From Desulfuromonadales bacterium (GTDB lineage Bacteria; Desulfobacterota; Desulfuromonadia; Desulfuromonadales; JACZKF01), in assembly GCA_050485365.1 (NCBI GenBank), contig JBJHBH010000009.1, forward strand, positions 2,192-66,191: 64,000 bases of DNA. The letters run 5' to 3'. A program made the translations under genes and the position numbers. The notes beneath the pieces were generated by a model, which saw only the letters and a program-made list of their open reading frames with translations, did not search any database and was not told the origin of the DNA. Positions 37,001-49,091 of this stretch are shown piece after piece; the first letter of the stretch is position 1, and each line of letters starts with the position of its first letter.

Positions 37001-37351
37001 TCAGTCCTGGAGACGAAAGACGCCGAAGGGGTCCTGAGCCATGTGGCGCAGCAGCTTGCCGATCTCGAGGGAGGGGCCGGCGTTCAGGTAGAAACGCCAG
37101 CGCCCCGCGCCGTCGGGGTAGTGGAGGGTCCATTGGCCGAGCTCGGAATGAAAGACGAGGCGTGCCACGGAGCGCCGCCCCCGCCAGGTCTGCGACATGG
37201 GGGAGCGACGCTCGCAGAAGAGGGTCGCCGCCTCTTCGTCGAGCACAAAGGAGAAGCGCAGCTCTTCGCCCGAAGCGCACAGACGCTCGGCGCGGCAGAA
37301 CTCGTCCAGGTGTCTTTCGGCGGTGCGCCGAACGATCTCGGGGAGCGGCAT
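37001..37351 (-). CDS. DUF3024-like protein
   Basis: Start MPLPEIVRR at 37351; ARLVF....QWTLHY.D...RWRFY pattern. Confidence 0.6.
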   Translation of the reverse strand: MPLPEIVRRTAERHLDEFCRAERLCASGEELRFSFVLDEEAATLFCERRSPMSQTWRGRRSVARLVFHSELGQWTLHYPDGAGRWRFYLNAGPSLEIGKLLRHMAQDPFGVFRLQD

Positions 37352-37355
37352 CGTT

Positions 37356-39203
37356 TCAGAGGATCCCGTGCAAAGGGGCGCCCGGCGCGCCGAGCTCGTC
37401 GACACGCTTCTCGGCGGCGGGGTTGACCTCCAGCGGGGGGGCGTGGTGCGGCTTGCGGCGCGCGTCGATCACCAGCGCGCCGGCGCACCCCCAGTGCTTG
37501 GCGACGATCGACTCCCCCACGCCGTAGATGTCGGCGGCGGGGTCCGAGCGGGTGAAGGTCACCCAGACGAAGTTGTCGACGTTTCGGGCGGTGAAGTCGC
37601 TGTCGTCGGTCACCACCACCAGCGGGAAGGCGTTGATGGGGTCGTTTGCGCTGAAAAAGGCGCAGAAATCGGCCATAACCGGATCGTTCGCCCCGCGCGG
37701 CGCAGCGGCCGCAGGCCCCTGCACCGCCAGGATCCCCGGCATGACGACATGCGGGGAGGCAAAACCTGCGGGCAGGCGCAGATCGCCCGGAATCTGCGTC
37801 GGCAGCGCGCGGCGCTTCTCGCCGACGGCGGCGGCGACGACCTTGGACCCCTCGTTGAGCCCCGTCCCGCTGTAGTCGAGGGTGTCGACGGTGGTGCGGG
37901 TCTGGAAGTGCAGGTCGCGCCGCCAGTCGACGCGCTCCAGCACGTGGCGGAAAAATCCTTCGATGTCGTGGATGTCGAGGGCGGGGGCGTCGTCGCGGGC
38001 GGCGATGAAGAGGAATTTGGCCAACGAGAGCTGCCCCTGCCCCAAAATGGCGTTGGCCTGGGTGAGGAGCTCACGGGGCTGACGCCGGGGCTCGTAGGGG
38101 ACGTAGCGCTCGCTCCCCAGCGCCAGCAAAAGCGGGTGGACCCCGGCGGCGTCGACGGCGTGCACGGCGTGTACCCCGGGGAGGACCGAGGGGATCAGAT
38201 CGCCGGTGAGCTCGTGGATGAAGGCGCCGAAGGAGGTGTCTTCCTGCGGCGGGCGCCCCACGGTGGTGAAGGGCCAGATCGCGCCGGGGCGATGGGTGAC
38301 CCGGTCGACCTTGAGCACGGGGAAGTCATGGGCGAGGCTGTAGTAGCCGAGGTGGTCGCCGAAGGGACCTTCGGGCAGGGTGCGCGTCGGGTCGACGGTG
38401 CCGCTGATGCAGAAGTCGGCCTCGGCGACGATGGCCGGCGCTCCGGCCCGCTCGATGAGGGTGAGGCGGTGGCCGCCGAGAAGTCCGGCAAAGGCGAGCT
38501 CGGGCATCCCCTCGGGCAGCGGCATGACGGCGGCGACGGTCAGGCTGGGAGGGCCGCCGACGAAGACGTTGACGCGAAAGGGGACCCCGCGCCGCAGGGC
38601 CTCGGCGTGGTGGACCCCGATGCCGCGGTGGATCTGGTAGTGCAGGCCGACCTCGCGGTCGGGCTCGTAGCGGTTGCCGCCGAGCTGCACGCGGTACATC
38701 CCGAGATTGGAGGCGCGCCACCCCGGGCGCTCGGCGCTCTCGGAGTAGACGGCCGGCAGGGTGACGAAGGCGCCGCCGTCCATCGGCCAGCTCTTGATCT
38801 GCGGCAGCTTCCCGACGGTCGTCTCGTGGGCGAGGGCCGGTCCGCTGCTCACCTTGCGCGGCAAAAAGGAGAGCCCGCCTCGAGCCGCGTCGAAGACCCC
38901 CAGCGGATTGCGCAGCAGCGAGGACGGGTCGTTTTTGACCTCGACCATGCGGTGGATGCGCTCCAGGGTGTCGCGAAAGAGATAGCGGGTGCGCTCCAGG
39001 GTGCCGAAGAGGTTGCCCAGCAGCGGAAAGGCGCAGCCGCGCACGTTAGTGAACAAAAGTGCCGGCCCACCCGCCTGGTAGACGCGGCGCTGAATGATGC
39101 CGACTTCAAGATCCGCGTCGACCTCGCACCCGATGCGCACGAGTTGCCCCGTCTTCTCCAGATCACGGACGGCGGACTCCAGATTCCTGTACCCCATGGG
39201 CAA
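37356..39203 (-). CDS. UbiD-family (prFMN) decarboxylase
   Basis: NLGMYRVQL, EGPFGDHLGYYS, GRPPQED and DTLDYSG...GSK motifs. Confidence 0.9.
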   Translation of the reverse strand: MPMGYRNLESAVRDLEKTGQLVRIGCEVDADLEVGIIQRRVYQAGGPALLFTNVRGCAFPLLGNLFGTLERTRYLFRDTLERIHRMVEVKNDPSSLLRNPLGVFDAARGGLSFLPRKVSSGPALAHETTVGKLPQIKSWPMDGGAFVTLPAVYSESAERPGWRASNLGMYRVQLGGNRYEPDREVGLHYQIHRGIGVHHAEALRRGVPFRVNVFVGGPPSLTVAAVMPLPEGMPELAFAGLLGGHRLTLIERAGAPAIVAEADFCISGTVDPTRTLPEGPFGDHLGYYSLAHDFPVLKVDRVTHRPGAIWPFTTVGRPPQEDTSFGAFIHELTGDLIPSVLPGVHAVHAVDAAGVHPLLLALGSERYVPYEPRRQPRELLTQANAILGQGQLSLAKFLFIAARDDAPALDIHDIEGFFRHVLERVDWRRDLHFQTRTTVDTLDYSGTGLNEGSKVVAAAVGEKRRALPTQIPGDLRLPAGFASPHVVMPGILAVQGPAAAAPRGANDPVMADFCAFFSANDPINAFPLVVVTDDSDFTARNVDNFVWVTFTRSDPAADIYGVGESIVAKHWGCAGALVIDARRKPHHAPPLEVNPAAEKRVDELGAPGAPLHGIL

Positions 39204-39290
39204 CTCCCTTTACCGAAGATTTATGCTGTGGCATATTACCGAAGTGTGCTGATCGAGACAACGAAAGAGCGACGCGGCAGGGGGGGAAAG

Positions 39291-39953
39291 ATGATTCGCA
39301 GGATGAACGAAAAATCGATCGATGTCATCTTCGTGGACGATCACGAGATCTTTCACGACTGCATCCGCCACCTCTTCGATCTGCAGGACGACATGAACAT
39401 GGTGGCGGTGGCCAACAACGGCCGCAGCGCCGTGAAGCTCGCCCGGGAGCTCGCCCCCGACGTGATGGTGATGGACATCTCGATGCCGGGGCTCAACGGC
39501 ATCGACGCCACCCGCAAGATCCTCTCCGAGCTGCCGAACATCCGCATCATTGCCCTCTCCATGCACTCCGAGCGCAACATCATCCTGCAGATCCTGCGGG
39601 CGGGGGCGCGCGGTTACGTCCTCAAGGACAGCGCCTTCGACGAGTTGATCACCGCCATCCGCACCGTCATGAAGGACAACATCTACCTCAGCCCGAAGAT
39701 CACCGGGCTGGTTCTGAAGGACTTGCTCAAGGAGGAGCCCACCGAGGCGGTGGCGGTGGCGCTGAGCGTGCGCGAGCGTGAAGTGCTGCAGCTCATCGCC
39801 GAAGGGAAGACCACCCGCGAGATCGCCGAGGAGCTCTCCCTCAGCGTCAAGACGGTCGAGACGCACCGCGCGCAGCTCATGCGCAAGCTCAAGCTCGGCA
39901 ACCTGGCCGATCTCGTCAAGTACGCCGTGCGCGAAGGGCTCACCTCCCTGTGA
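39291..39953 (+). CDS. NarL/LuxR-family response regulator
   Basis: REC (VDDH, MDISMPG, GYVLK) plus LuxR HTH (LSVREREVLQLIAEG...SVKTVETHR); only the last 220 aa of track ORF 37197..39953. Confidence 0.92.
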   Translation: MIRRMNEKSIDVIFVDDHEIFHDCIRHLFDLQDDMNMVAVANNGRSAVKLARELAPDVMVMDISMPGLNGIDATRKILSELPNIRIIALSMHSERNIILQILRAGARGYVLKDSAFDELITAIRTVMKDNIYLSPKITGLVLKDLLKEEPTEAVAVALSVREREVLQLIAEGKTTREIAEELSLSVKTVETHRAQLMRKLKLGNLADLVKYAVREGLTSL

Positions 39954-40256
39954 GCGATTTTCGCTCCTGAAAATCCCACCAGCCGGGGGCACGAAGCGCC
40001 CCCGATGACCAATCGCTCCCCCTCCTCTTCCCCTTTTTTGCGGTTTCAGGGTTTTTCCGGGCCAAAATCAGGGATTCCCCGATGTTCATCCCGCCCCGTC
40101 TCTGCTATTACTATCACCACAAAAACGGCACATTCCATTTTCCTCTGCAAGAGACGCATTTAATTTCGGCTATGCCGAACTTCAAAGAGCGACCGGGGAG
40201 GGGCGAGAAACGCCCGTCTCTTCCAGAGGAAAATCCGGAGTGTGCCGTCTTTTTTT

Positions 40257-41681
40257 TCACTCCCCCGTGTGCCAAGTGGTCAGGGACGCCTCTTCACCGT
40301 GCTCCCGGGCGAGGCACTGCAGGGCGGCCAGACGCAGCCCGTCGCTGATGCTCGGATAGACGTGGACGGTGCTCGCCAGATCGTGCACGCTCAGGCCGAA
40401 GCGCACGGCAAGAGCCGCCTCGTGGATGATGTCGGCCGCCCGGGGCGCCAGCATCTCCACCCCCACAATCCGCCCCGATCCCCGCTCGCTGACCAGCACG
40501 ATCCCCCCTTTGCGATGCCCCAGGACATGGGTCTTGGCCACCTTGTGCAGATCAAGCCACGTCTCGACGACCTCCTTCCCCTCTATGCGGGCACGCTCCG
40601 CGCTGAGCCCCACGTTGGCGAACTCCGGATCGGTGAAGACCGCCATGGGGGTGTTGCGGTGGTCGATGCGCCGATGGGCCTCGGGATCGAGCAGGTTCTC
40701 GGCGGCGACCTCCCCCTCGCGCACCCCCGCCGGAGCGATGAGGGGTGGGCCGGCGCAGTCCCCCGCGGCCCAGATGTTGGGTGCGGTGGTGCGCATCTCT
40801 TCGTCGGTGGAGATGAAGCCGGCTTCGTCGGTCGCCACACCCGCCTCGTCCAGCCCGATGTCGCGGGTAGCCGGAACGGTCCCCACCGCCAGCATGATCC
40901 GCTCGGCGCGCACCTCGACCTCCTCGTCCCCGCGCCGGGTGACGAGACAGACGTCGTCGCCGTCGCGGTAGACGCGCTGCGCCTCCAGCCCGTAGTGCAG
41001 CGTCATCCCTTCCTCGCGCAGGATCTCCTCGAACAGGGCGGTGAGTCGCGGATCGAAATCCTTCAGCACGCGGTCGCCGCGCTCGATGAGGGTCACCTGC
41101 GTGCCGAAGCGGCTGAACATCTGCCCCATCTCCAGCGCGACGACCCCGCCGCCGATGATGATCAGCGAGCGGGGGAAGCACTTGAGCCGCAGGGCCGAGT
41201 AGCTGGTGAGGTAGTCGACGTCGGCGAGCCCGGGGATGCGCAGCGTTCTGGGCACGCCGCCGCACGCCACGATGAAGCGGTCGCACACCAGGACCTCTGC
41301 CCCCACCTGCAGCTCCCGCGCGGAGAGAAACCGCCCGTGCCCCCGCATGACGTCGATGCGGGGGTTGGCTTCGAGCACCTTCTGGTAGCTCTCGTTGCGC
41401 ACGAGGTCGACGGCGGCCTCCTTCGCCTCCATCAGGCGCAGACAGTCGAGAGGCCCCTCCTGCAGGTTCACCCCGAACGACGCGCCGCGTCGCGCCTCGA
41501 AGCGCATCTCGGCCTTGGCGATGAGGGTCTTGCTCGGGATGCACCCCCAGTTGACGCACGTTCCGCCCAAACGGCTCTGCTCCACCATCAGGACCCTGGC
41601 CCCCATCTCGGCCCCCTTGAGCGCGGCGGCAAAGGCCGTCGTCCCCGAGCCGAGGACGACGAAATCGTACGGCACGCTCAT
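40257..41681 (-). CDS. Mercuric-reductase-like flavoprotein disulfide reductase
   Basis: GSGTTAFAAA, redox pair GGTCVNWGCIPSK, GGGVVALE, WAAGDC, VFTDPE; lacks the N-terminal HMA domain and the C-terminal CC pair. Confidence 0.8.
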   Translation of the reverse strand: MSVPYDFVVLGSGTTAFAAALKGAEMGARVLMVEQSRLGGTCVNWGCIPSKTLIAKAEMRFEARRGASFGVNLQEGPLDCLRLMEAKEAAVDLVRNESYQKVLEANPRIDVMRGHGRFLSARELQVGAEVLVCDRFIVACGGVPRTLRIPGLADVDYLTSYSALRLKCFPRSLIIIGGGVVALEMGQMFSRFGTQVTLIERGDRVLKDFDPRLTALFEEILREEGMTLHYGLEAQRVYRDGDDVCLVTRRGDEEVEVRAERIMLAVGTVPATRDIGLDEAGVATDEAGFISTDEEMRTTAPNIWAAGDCAGPPLIAPAGVREGEVAAENLLDPEAHRRIDHRNTPMAVFTDPEFANVGLSAERARIEGKEVVETWLDLHKVAKTHVLGHRKGGIVLVSERGSGRIVGVEMLAPRAADIIHEAALAVRFGLSVHDLASTVHVYPSISDGLRLAALQCLAREHGEEASLTTWHTGE

Positions 41682-43531
41682 TTCTGCGCCTCCTCCTGAC
41701 GCCAGGTGCTCACGATGTTCTCCTCCAGCCAGGGGTACGCTCCGTCCAGAACCCGGCGGGCGCTGCGGTAGACGAAGGCGTCGTCGTTGCCGTAGACGGC
41801 GCGGTGCAGCTCATCGATGCGGCGTTTGGCGCCGCGGCAGAACAGATCGGCCAGCCTCTCCGACCCCGGAGGAGCCTGGGGGGAGGAGGCGCGGGAGAGG
41901 ACCGCCCCCATGGCGAAGAGCTCGGCGCCGATGTCGACCAAGCGACCGAGCAGAAGCTGCTTTTTCTGCAGCCCCTCGCGGTAGCGCACGATCATGTGGA
42001 AGAGGTCGCGCCCGAGGCGGCGCGCGGCGCGCTCGACGTAGCGCATGTGCCCCTCAAGGGAGGGGTGCAGACGGATCTCGCCCTTGCCGCGCCCCGGAAC
42101 CCACAACGGGGGGTACCAGGCGGCGTAGAATTTCGCCGCATCCTTATAGTGGACCTTCCCTTCGGAGACGTTGACGCCGGCTTTACGCAGGTGGGGATCG
42201 AGGGCCTCGCGGGCAATGAACAGGCGCATGATCTCGCTCGTCCCCTCGATGATGAGGTTGATGCGCGCGTCGCGCAGCATCCGCTCCATCGGCATCGGAA
42301 TCTCGCCGCGTCCCCGCAGCGAATCGGCCGTCTCGTACCCGCGTCCGCCGCGCACCTGCACCCCGGCGTCGGCGGCGCGCCACAGCGCCTCGCTGCAGAA
42401 GAGCTTGGCCATGGCGGCCTCCAGGCGAATGTCGGCCTCCTCCCTGTCGGCCATGGCGGAGGTGAGCCAGGTGAGGCTCTCCACCGCGAAGAGGTCTGCG
42501 GCCATCATGCCGATCTTGGCCGCCACCGCCTCGTGCTTCCCCACCGGCGCCCCCCACTGGCTGCGCTCGTTGGCCCAGGCGCGGCTCATGGCCAGAATCT
42601 GCTTCATCGCCCCGGCGCTCGCCGCGGGGAGGGTGAGGCGACCGGTGTTGAGGGTGACGAGCGCGATGCGCAGCCCCTCGCCGCGCCCGCCCAGCATGTT
42701 CTCGGCGGGGACGCGCACCTTGTCGAAGCGTAGCAGCCCGTTCCGGATCCCCTTGAGCCCCATAAAATCGCAGCGGTGTACGGTGGAGAGGCCGGGGCTG
42801 TCCCCTTCGACGATGAAGGCGGTGATCTCCGGGCGCTCGTGCCGCGGGTCGTTGGTGCGGGCCATCACGATCATCAGCTCCGCCTCGGGGCCGTTGCTGA
42901 TCCAGAGCTTCTCTCCGCTGATGAGCCACGCCGCCCCGTCCTCGACCGGCACCGCCTCGGTCGTCATCTTGGAGGGGTCCGAGCCGACCCCCGGCTCGGT
43001 CAGGGCGAAGGCGCTCATGGCGCCGCCGGCGAGACGCGGCAGGTATTTCTCCTTCTGCTCTTTGGTTCCGAAGAGCTTGAGCGGCTGGGGAACCCCGATG
43101 CTCTGGTGGGCCGAGAGCATGACCGTGGTGGAAGCGCAGTGGCTCCCCACCAACTCGATGATGCGATTGTAGTTCACCTGGGACATCCCCAACCCGCCGT
43201 TCTCCTTGGCGATCTTGATGCCGAAGAGCCCCATTTCGCGCAGGGCGTCGATCACCTCGGCGGGGATCTCCTTTTGCTCATCGATGCGGTCGGCGTCGAC
43301 CTTCTCGGCGAGAAAGGGCTTGAGCTTCGCCAGCACCGCATCCCCTTGCTGCCGGTCGGCGGGATCCTGCTCGGGGAAGGGGAAGATCAGCTCCGAATGA
43401 ACCCTCCCCATGAAAAGTCCGCCGACGAAGCTCGGCCGCCTCCATTCGGTCTCCCGCGCCGATTCGGCGACTTCCAGAGAGCGCGCTTCTTCCATAGATT
43501 TAGGGCGAGTCATGAGAGGCCTCCTGTTCAA
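41678..43531 (-). CDS. Acyl-CoA dehydrogenase (long, ACAD9/VLCAD-like)
   Basis: SAHQSIG, FALTEPGVGSD, GEKLWISNG, LNTGRL, RSQWG and MERMLRDARINLIIEGTSE motifs. Confidence 0.92.
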   Translation of the reverse strand: MNRRPLMTRPKSMEEARSLEVAESARETEWRRPSFVGGLFMGRVHSELIFPFPEQDPADRQQGDAVLAKLKPFLAEKVDADRIDEQKEIPAEVIDALREMGLFGIKIAKENGGLGMSQVNYNRIIELVGSHCASTTVMLSAHQSIGVPQPLKLFGTKEQKEKYLPRLAGGAMSAFALTEPGVGSDPSKMTTEAVPVEDGAAWLISGEKLWISNGPEAELMIVMARTNDPRHERPEITAFIVEGDSPGLSTVHRCDFMGLKGIRNGLLRFDKVRVPAENMLGGRGEGLRIALVTLNTGRLTLPAASAGAMKQILAMSRAWANERSQWGAPVGKHEAVAAKIGMMAADLFAVESLTWLTSAMADREEADIRLEAAMAKLFCSEALWRAADAGVQVRGGRGYETADSLRGRGEIPMPMERMLRDARINLIIEGTSEIMRLFIAREALDPHLRKAGVNVSEGKVHYKDAAKFYAAWYPPLWVPGRGKGEIRLHPSLEGHMRYVERAARRLGRDLFHMIVRYREGLQKKQLLLGRLVDIGAELFAMGAVLSRASSPQAPPGSERLADLFCRGAKRRIDELHRAVYGNDDAFVYRSARRVLDGAYPWLEENIVSTWRQEEAQK

Positions 43532-43700
43532 TGCAGACGATTACATTAATGATATCGGGTTTTTGGCGGAGCGCACTTCCCAAATCGACGAGGCCGCTTC
43601 GGCGGGGGATTAAAAGAGGCAGAAAACTGATTTACTTTGTCGTGCGCATTCACGATAATGAGAGCTTCTCAATTGCGGATTAAACATCAGGGAGGGTTTC

Positions 43701-44402
43701 ATGAAGCGCATCATCGTCCTGGCCATCGCGGCACTCCATCTCGGCGCAGGGCTCGCCCTGGCCGCCCCCTTCGGCCCCGCCGAGCCCCAGACCAGACCCG
43801 GGCAGGTTTCGCTGGGGGTGGGGGTCTTCGAATTTGCCGACCGGTGGGATTTTCGTATCGACAACCTCGGCACGGAGGAAGCCGATGTGCGGCAGACTCA
43901 TTCCTTCGCCCAACTGAGCGTCGGACTCTTTCCGCAGATCGAGGGTTATGCGCGGCTGGGAATGGCCAATCTGAGGGGGGATCTGCGCGACACCGGCTTC
44001 GCCCCCTACGGCACCCTCGGCCTCAAGGGGATCGGATATCGGGGGAAGTACCTCGATGTCGGCGGCTTCGTCGAAGGGAGCTACTTCAGCGATTATACCG
44101 CCGAGGAAGATGGATTGCGCATCGAGATCGACAATTCGTATACCATCAATGCGGGCGTGGCGTTTCAAAGGGAGGTAGAGGGTGCCCTTCTCTACGCCGG
44201 ACCTTTCTGGCACTATAGAAACGGGGATTTCACCTCGAACGATCCGGATCTCTCCGGCTCCTATCGGGCGGGGAAGAATTTCGGCGGGTTCGCCGGCATC
44301 CGCTGGACGCCGGTCTACGACATCCTGATCGAGGCAGAGATCCAGTACCGGGACAAACTCGCGGGCGGGGTGACGATTTCGTTCCTCTTCGGCCGGCATT
44401 AA
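43701..44402 (+). CDS. Outer-membrane beta-barrel protein of unknown function
   Basis: Signal peptide ending ALA; alternating aromatic/Gly beta-strands; near-terminal GVTISFLF strand; RBS GGAGG. Confidence 0.7.
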   Translation: MKRIIVLAIAALHLGAGLALAAPFGPAEPQTRPGQVSLGVGVFEFADRWDFRIDNLGTEEADVRQTHSFAQLSVGLFPQIEGYARLGMANLRGDLRDTGFAPYGTLGLKGIGYRGKYLDVGGFVEGSYFSDYTAEEDGLRIEIDNSYTINAGVAFQREVEGALLYAGPFWHYRNGDFTSNDPDLSGSYRAGKNFGGFAGIRWTPVYDILIEAEIQYRDKLAGGVTISFLFGRH

Positions 44403-44415
44403 GCTCTTCTTCTCC

Positions 44416-44441
44416 GAAGGCCGGAACTTTCTCCGGCCTTC
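44416..44441. terminator. Hairpin between convergent genes
   Basis: GAAGGCCGGA-ACTTTC-TCCGGCCTTC. Confidence 0.55.
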
Positions 44442-44448
44442 GTCCCCC

Positions 44449-46446
44449 TCACCCCACCCTCAGCTCCCTCTTCTCCAGCTCCAGCATCCGGTCGCGCAGC
44501 TCGGCCGCCTTTTCGAATTCGAGGGCGGCGGCGGCGGCGAGCATTTCTTCTTTCAGCCGGGCGATCTCTTTTCGCAGCTGCGCCGTCGTACGGTATTCGG
44601 CCGTCTCCTCAGCGGCGAGGGGGAGCTCGACGTAGTCCCCCTTCTCGGCGATGTCCTCGAGGATGGAGCGGATCGATTTTTTCACCGTCTCGGGGGTGAT
44701 GCCGTGCGCCTCGTTGTATTCGAGCTGGGCGGCGCGGCGCCGCCCGGTCTCGTCGATGCACGCCTGCATGGAGCGGGTGATGCGGTCGGCGTACATGATG
44801 ACGCGCCCGGCGACGTTGCGCGCGGCGCGCCCGCACGTCTGGATGAGGGAGCGCTCGGAGCGCAGAAACCCCTCCTTGTCGGCGTCGAGAATCGCCACCA
44901 GGGCGACCTCGGGGATGTCGAGCCCCTCGCGCAGCAGGTTGATCCCGACCAAAACGTCGAACTTGCCCTGGCGCAGATCGCGGATGATCTCGACACGCTG
45001 CACGGTGTCGATGTCCGAGTGCAGGTAGCGCACCTTGATCCCGAGCTCGTCGAGGTAGCCGGTGAGGTCTTCGGCCATGCGTTTGGTGAGGGTCGTCACC
45101 AGGACGCGAGAACCCTCTTTGACCGTCTCGCGGATCTCGTGGATGAGGTCGTCGACCTGCTCGCGGGCGGGGCGCACCTCGATGGGAGGGTCGACGAGGC
45201 CGGTGGGGCGCACGATCTGCTCGACGACGACGCCTCCGGCCTTCTTCAGCTCGTAGTCGGCGGGGGTCGCCGAGACGTAGACGGTCTGGAGCCTCTTCGC
45301 CTCGAACTCCTCGAAGGTCAGCGGGCGGTTGTCGAGGGCCGAGGGGATGCGAAAGCCGTAGTTGACGAGCGTCTCCTTGCGCGAGCGGTCGCCGCGGAAC
45401 ATGGCGCCGATCTGCGAGACGGTGACGTGGCTCTCGTCGATGAAGAGGAGGGCGTCCTTCGGGAAATAGTCGAAGAGGGTGGCGGGGGGCTCGCCGACGC
45501 GGCGCCCGTCTAAAAAGCGCGAGTAGTTCTCGATCCCCTGGCAGTACCCCATCTCCTCCATCATCTCGATATCGAAGAGGGTGCGCTGCTCGAGGCGCTG
45601 CGCCTCCACCAGCATGTTGCGGCTGCGAAAGTACTGCAGACGCTCGCGCAGCTCGTCCTGAATCTCACGGATCGCCCGGTCGAGGGTGGGGCGGGTGGCG
45701 ACGTAGTGGCTCGCCGGGAAGATGGCGGTGCGGGGGAGGCGGTCGATGACGGCGCCGCGCACCGGGTCGATCTCGCTGATCGCCTCGATCTCGTCGCCGA
45801 AGAATTCGAGGCGGATCGCCCGCTTGTCCTCGTAGGGGGGGAAGATCTCGACGGTGTCGCCGCGCACCCGGAAGGAGCCGCGGTGAAAGTCGACGTCGTT
45901 GCGCTCGTACTGGATCTCCACCAGATGGCGCAGCAGGGCGTCGCGCTCGATCTCCATCCCCTCCTCGACGCGGGCGAGCATGCCGTAGTACGCCTCGGGG
46001 GAGCCGATGCCGTAGATGCACGAGACCGAGGCGACAATGAGGACGTCGCGGCGCGACAGGAGCGATCGGGTGGCGCTGTGGCGCAGTTTGTCGATCTCCT
46101 CGTTGATGGAGGAGTCCTTCTCGATGAAGGTGTCGGTGACGGGGACGTAGGCCTCGGGCTGATAGTAGTCGTAGTATGAGACGAAGTACTCCACGGCGTT
46201 GTCGGGGAAGAGCTCCTTGAACTCGCCGTAGAGCTGGGCGGCCAGCGTCTTGTTGTGGGCCAGCACCAGGGCGGGGCGCTGCACCTCGGCCACCACGTTG
46301 GCCATGGTGAAGGTCTTCCCCGAGCCGGTGACGCCGAGCAGGACCTGGGCCTCGTCGCCGCGGCGAATCCCCTCCACCAGTTCGCGGATGGCGGCGGGCT
46401 GGTCGCCCCGGGGGGTGTAGGACGATCGGATTTCGAATCGGGCCAT
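44449..46446 (-). CDS. uvrB: Excinuclease ABC subunit B
   Basis: [51 protein letters not shown]-terminal UVR domain. Confidence 0.98.
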   Translation of the reverse strand: MARFEIRSSYTPRGDQPAAIRELVEGIRRGDEAQVLLGVTGSGKTFTMANVVAEVQRPALVLAHNKTLAAQLYGEFKELFPDNAVEYFVSYYDYYQPEAYVPVTDTFIEKDSSINEEIDKLRHSATRSLLSRRDVLIVASVSCIYGIGSPEAYYGMLARVEEGMEIERDALLRHLVEIQYERNDVDFHRGSFRVRGDTVEIFPPYEDKRAIRLEFFGDEIEAISEIDPVRGAVIDRLPRTAIFPASHYVATRPTLDRAIREIQDELRERLQYFRSRNMLVEAQRLEQRTLFDIEMMEEMGYCQGIENYSRFLDGRRVGEPPATLFDYFPKDALLFIDESHVTVSQIGAMFRGDRSRKETLVNYGFRIPSALDNRPLTFEEFEAKRLQTVYVSATPADYELKKAGGVVVEQIVRPTGLVDPPIEVRPAREQVDDLIHEIRETVKEGSRVLVTTLTKRMAEDLTGYLDELGIKVRYLHSDIDTVQRVEIIRDLRQGKFDVLVGINLLREGLDIPEVALVAILDADKEGFLRSERSLIQTCGRAARNVAGRVIMYADRITRSMQACIDETGRRRAAQLEYNEAHGITPETVKKSIRSILEDIAEKGDYVELPLAAEETAEYRTTAQLRKEIARLKEEMLAAAAALEFEKAAELRDRMLELEKRELRVG

Positions 46447-46530
46447 CTTCTTCCTTTGAAAAGCGAGAGGGGCGCAATCTCCCGGACGCGCCCCCCCATT
46501 ATACAGCGATGATGATTTTCCCCGTTCTGC

Positions 46531-47982
<1,452 letters not shown>

Positions 47983-48022
47983 GGGGGGAGTCTCCTTTTT
48001 CACGGACGTTTTCGTGCCGTCT

Positions 48023-49078
48023 TCATAGCACAGGACGAGGCGGCGGTGAAGCCTTCCGGTCTTTTTTCTCCAAAAGAGCGTCCACCGCCTCGGGGATCTG
48101 CTCCAGCGGCAGGATGCGGTGGGCGGCGCCGAGGGCGACGGCGGCCGCCGGCATGCCGTAGATGGTGCTCGTCGCCTCGTCCTGCACCATGGTGAAGGCC
48201 CCCGCCTCCTTGAGGCGAAGGAGCCCCGCCGCGCCGTCGCGCCCCATGCCGGTCAAGAGCAGGGCGACGACGCTCGGAGCGACCGGTGCCAAGGAGGCGA
48301 ACAGGACGTCGATGGACGGGCGGCAGCTGTTCACCGCGGGGGCGTCGGTCAGCCGGACGCGTCCGTCGCGCACCTCCAGGTGAGCCCCCTCCGGGGCGAT
48401 GAGGGCGACCCCTTCCTCGAGGGGATCGCCCTCGCGGGCGACGCGGACGCGAAAAGGGCACTCCTCCCCCAGCCAGCGGGCGAAGCCGGCGGCAAAGCCG
48501 GGGGCGATATGCTGCACGATCACGATCCTGGGACGGCTTTGCGGCGGGATGTTTCTTAGCAGGTACTGGATCGCCTTGGGACCGCCGGTGGAGGCGCCGA
48601 CGGCGAGAACCCGTCTGGCGCCGTCGGCGGGGGGGGGCTCTTTCCGGGCCGCGCGGCGCCCCCCGCGAAAGTGGTGCAGGACCCGGATCCCCGCGAGAAA
48701 CTTCACCTTCTCGATGAGCTGCGTCGAGAAGCGCTCCTCGCAGACCGTCTCCGCCTTCACCATCACGTCGAGGGCGCCCAGCGAGATCGCCTTGAAGGCG
48801 CAACGGCTGTCCTCCGGATCGACGTGCCCCGACAAGACGAGGATGGGGGTCGGCCGCCGCGCCATGATCTCCTCGATCGCCTGGAGCCCGTCCAGCACCG
48901 GCATCATGATGTCGAGGACGAGCAGGTCGGGACACAGCCGCAGCGTCAGATCGACGGCCTCCCTCCCGTTGGCGGCCTCGGCCACGACCTCGATGCCGGC
49001 GTCGCGCTCGAGGATCTCGCGCACCATCATTCGAACGACTCTGGAATCGTCGGCGATCAGCACCCGAATCGCTTCCAT
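48023..49078 (-). CDS. cheB: Chemotaxis response regulator protein-glutamate methylesterase
   Basis: REC plus methylesterase: [30 protein letters not shown]. Confidence 0.95.
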   Translation of the reverse strand: MEAIRVLIADDSRVVRMMVREILERDAGIEVVAEAANGREAVDLTLRLCPDLLVLDIMMPVLDGLQAIEEIMARRPTPILVLSGHVDPEDSRCAFKAISLGALDVMVKAETVCEERFSTQLIEKVKFLAGIRVLHHFRGGRRAARKEPPPADGARRVLAVGASTGGPKAIQYLLRNIPPQSRPRIVIVQHIAPGFAAGFARWLGEECPFRVRVAREGDPLEEGVALIAPEGAHLEVRDGRVRLTDAPAVNSCRPSIDVLFASLAPVAPSVVALLLTGMGRDGAAGLLRLKEAGAFTMVQDEATSTIYGMPAAAVALGAAHRILPLEQIPEAVDALLEKKDRKASPPPRPVL

Positions 49079-49091
49079 TGCACTCCCTTAT

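Noticed and set aside
40200-40260. Selenocysteine read-through of the TGA stop of the MerA-like gene
   Set aside because: The downstream sequence is an A-run and low-information intergenic DNA, with no evident SECIS-like hairpin or conserved Cys/Sec context.
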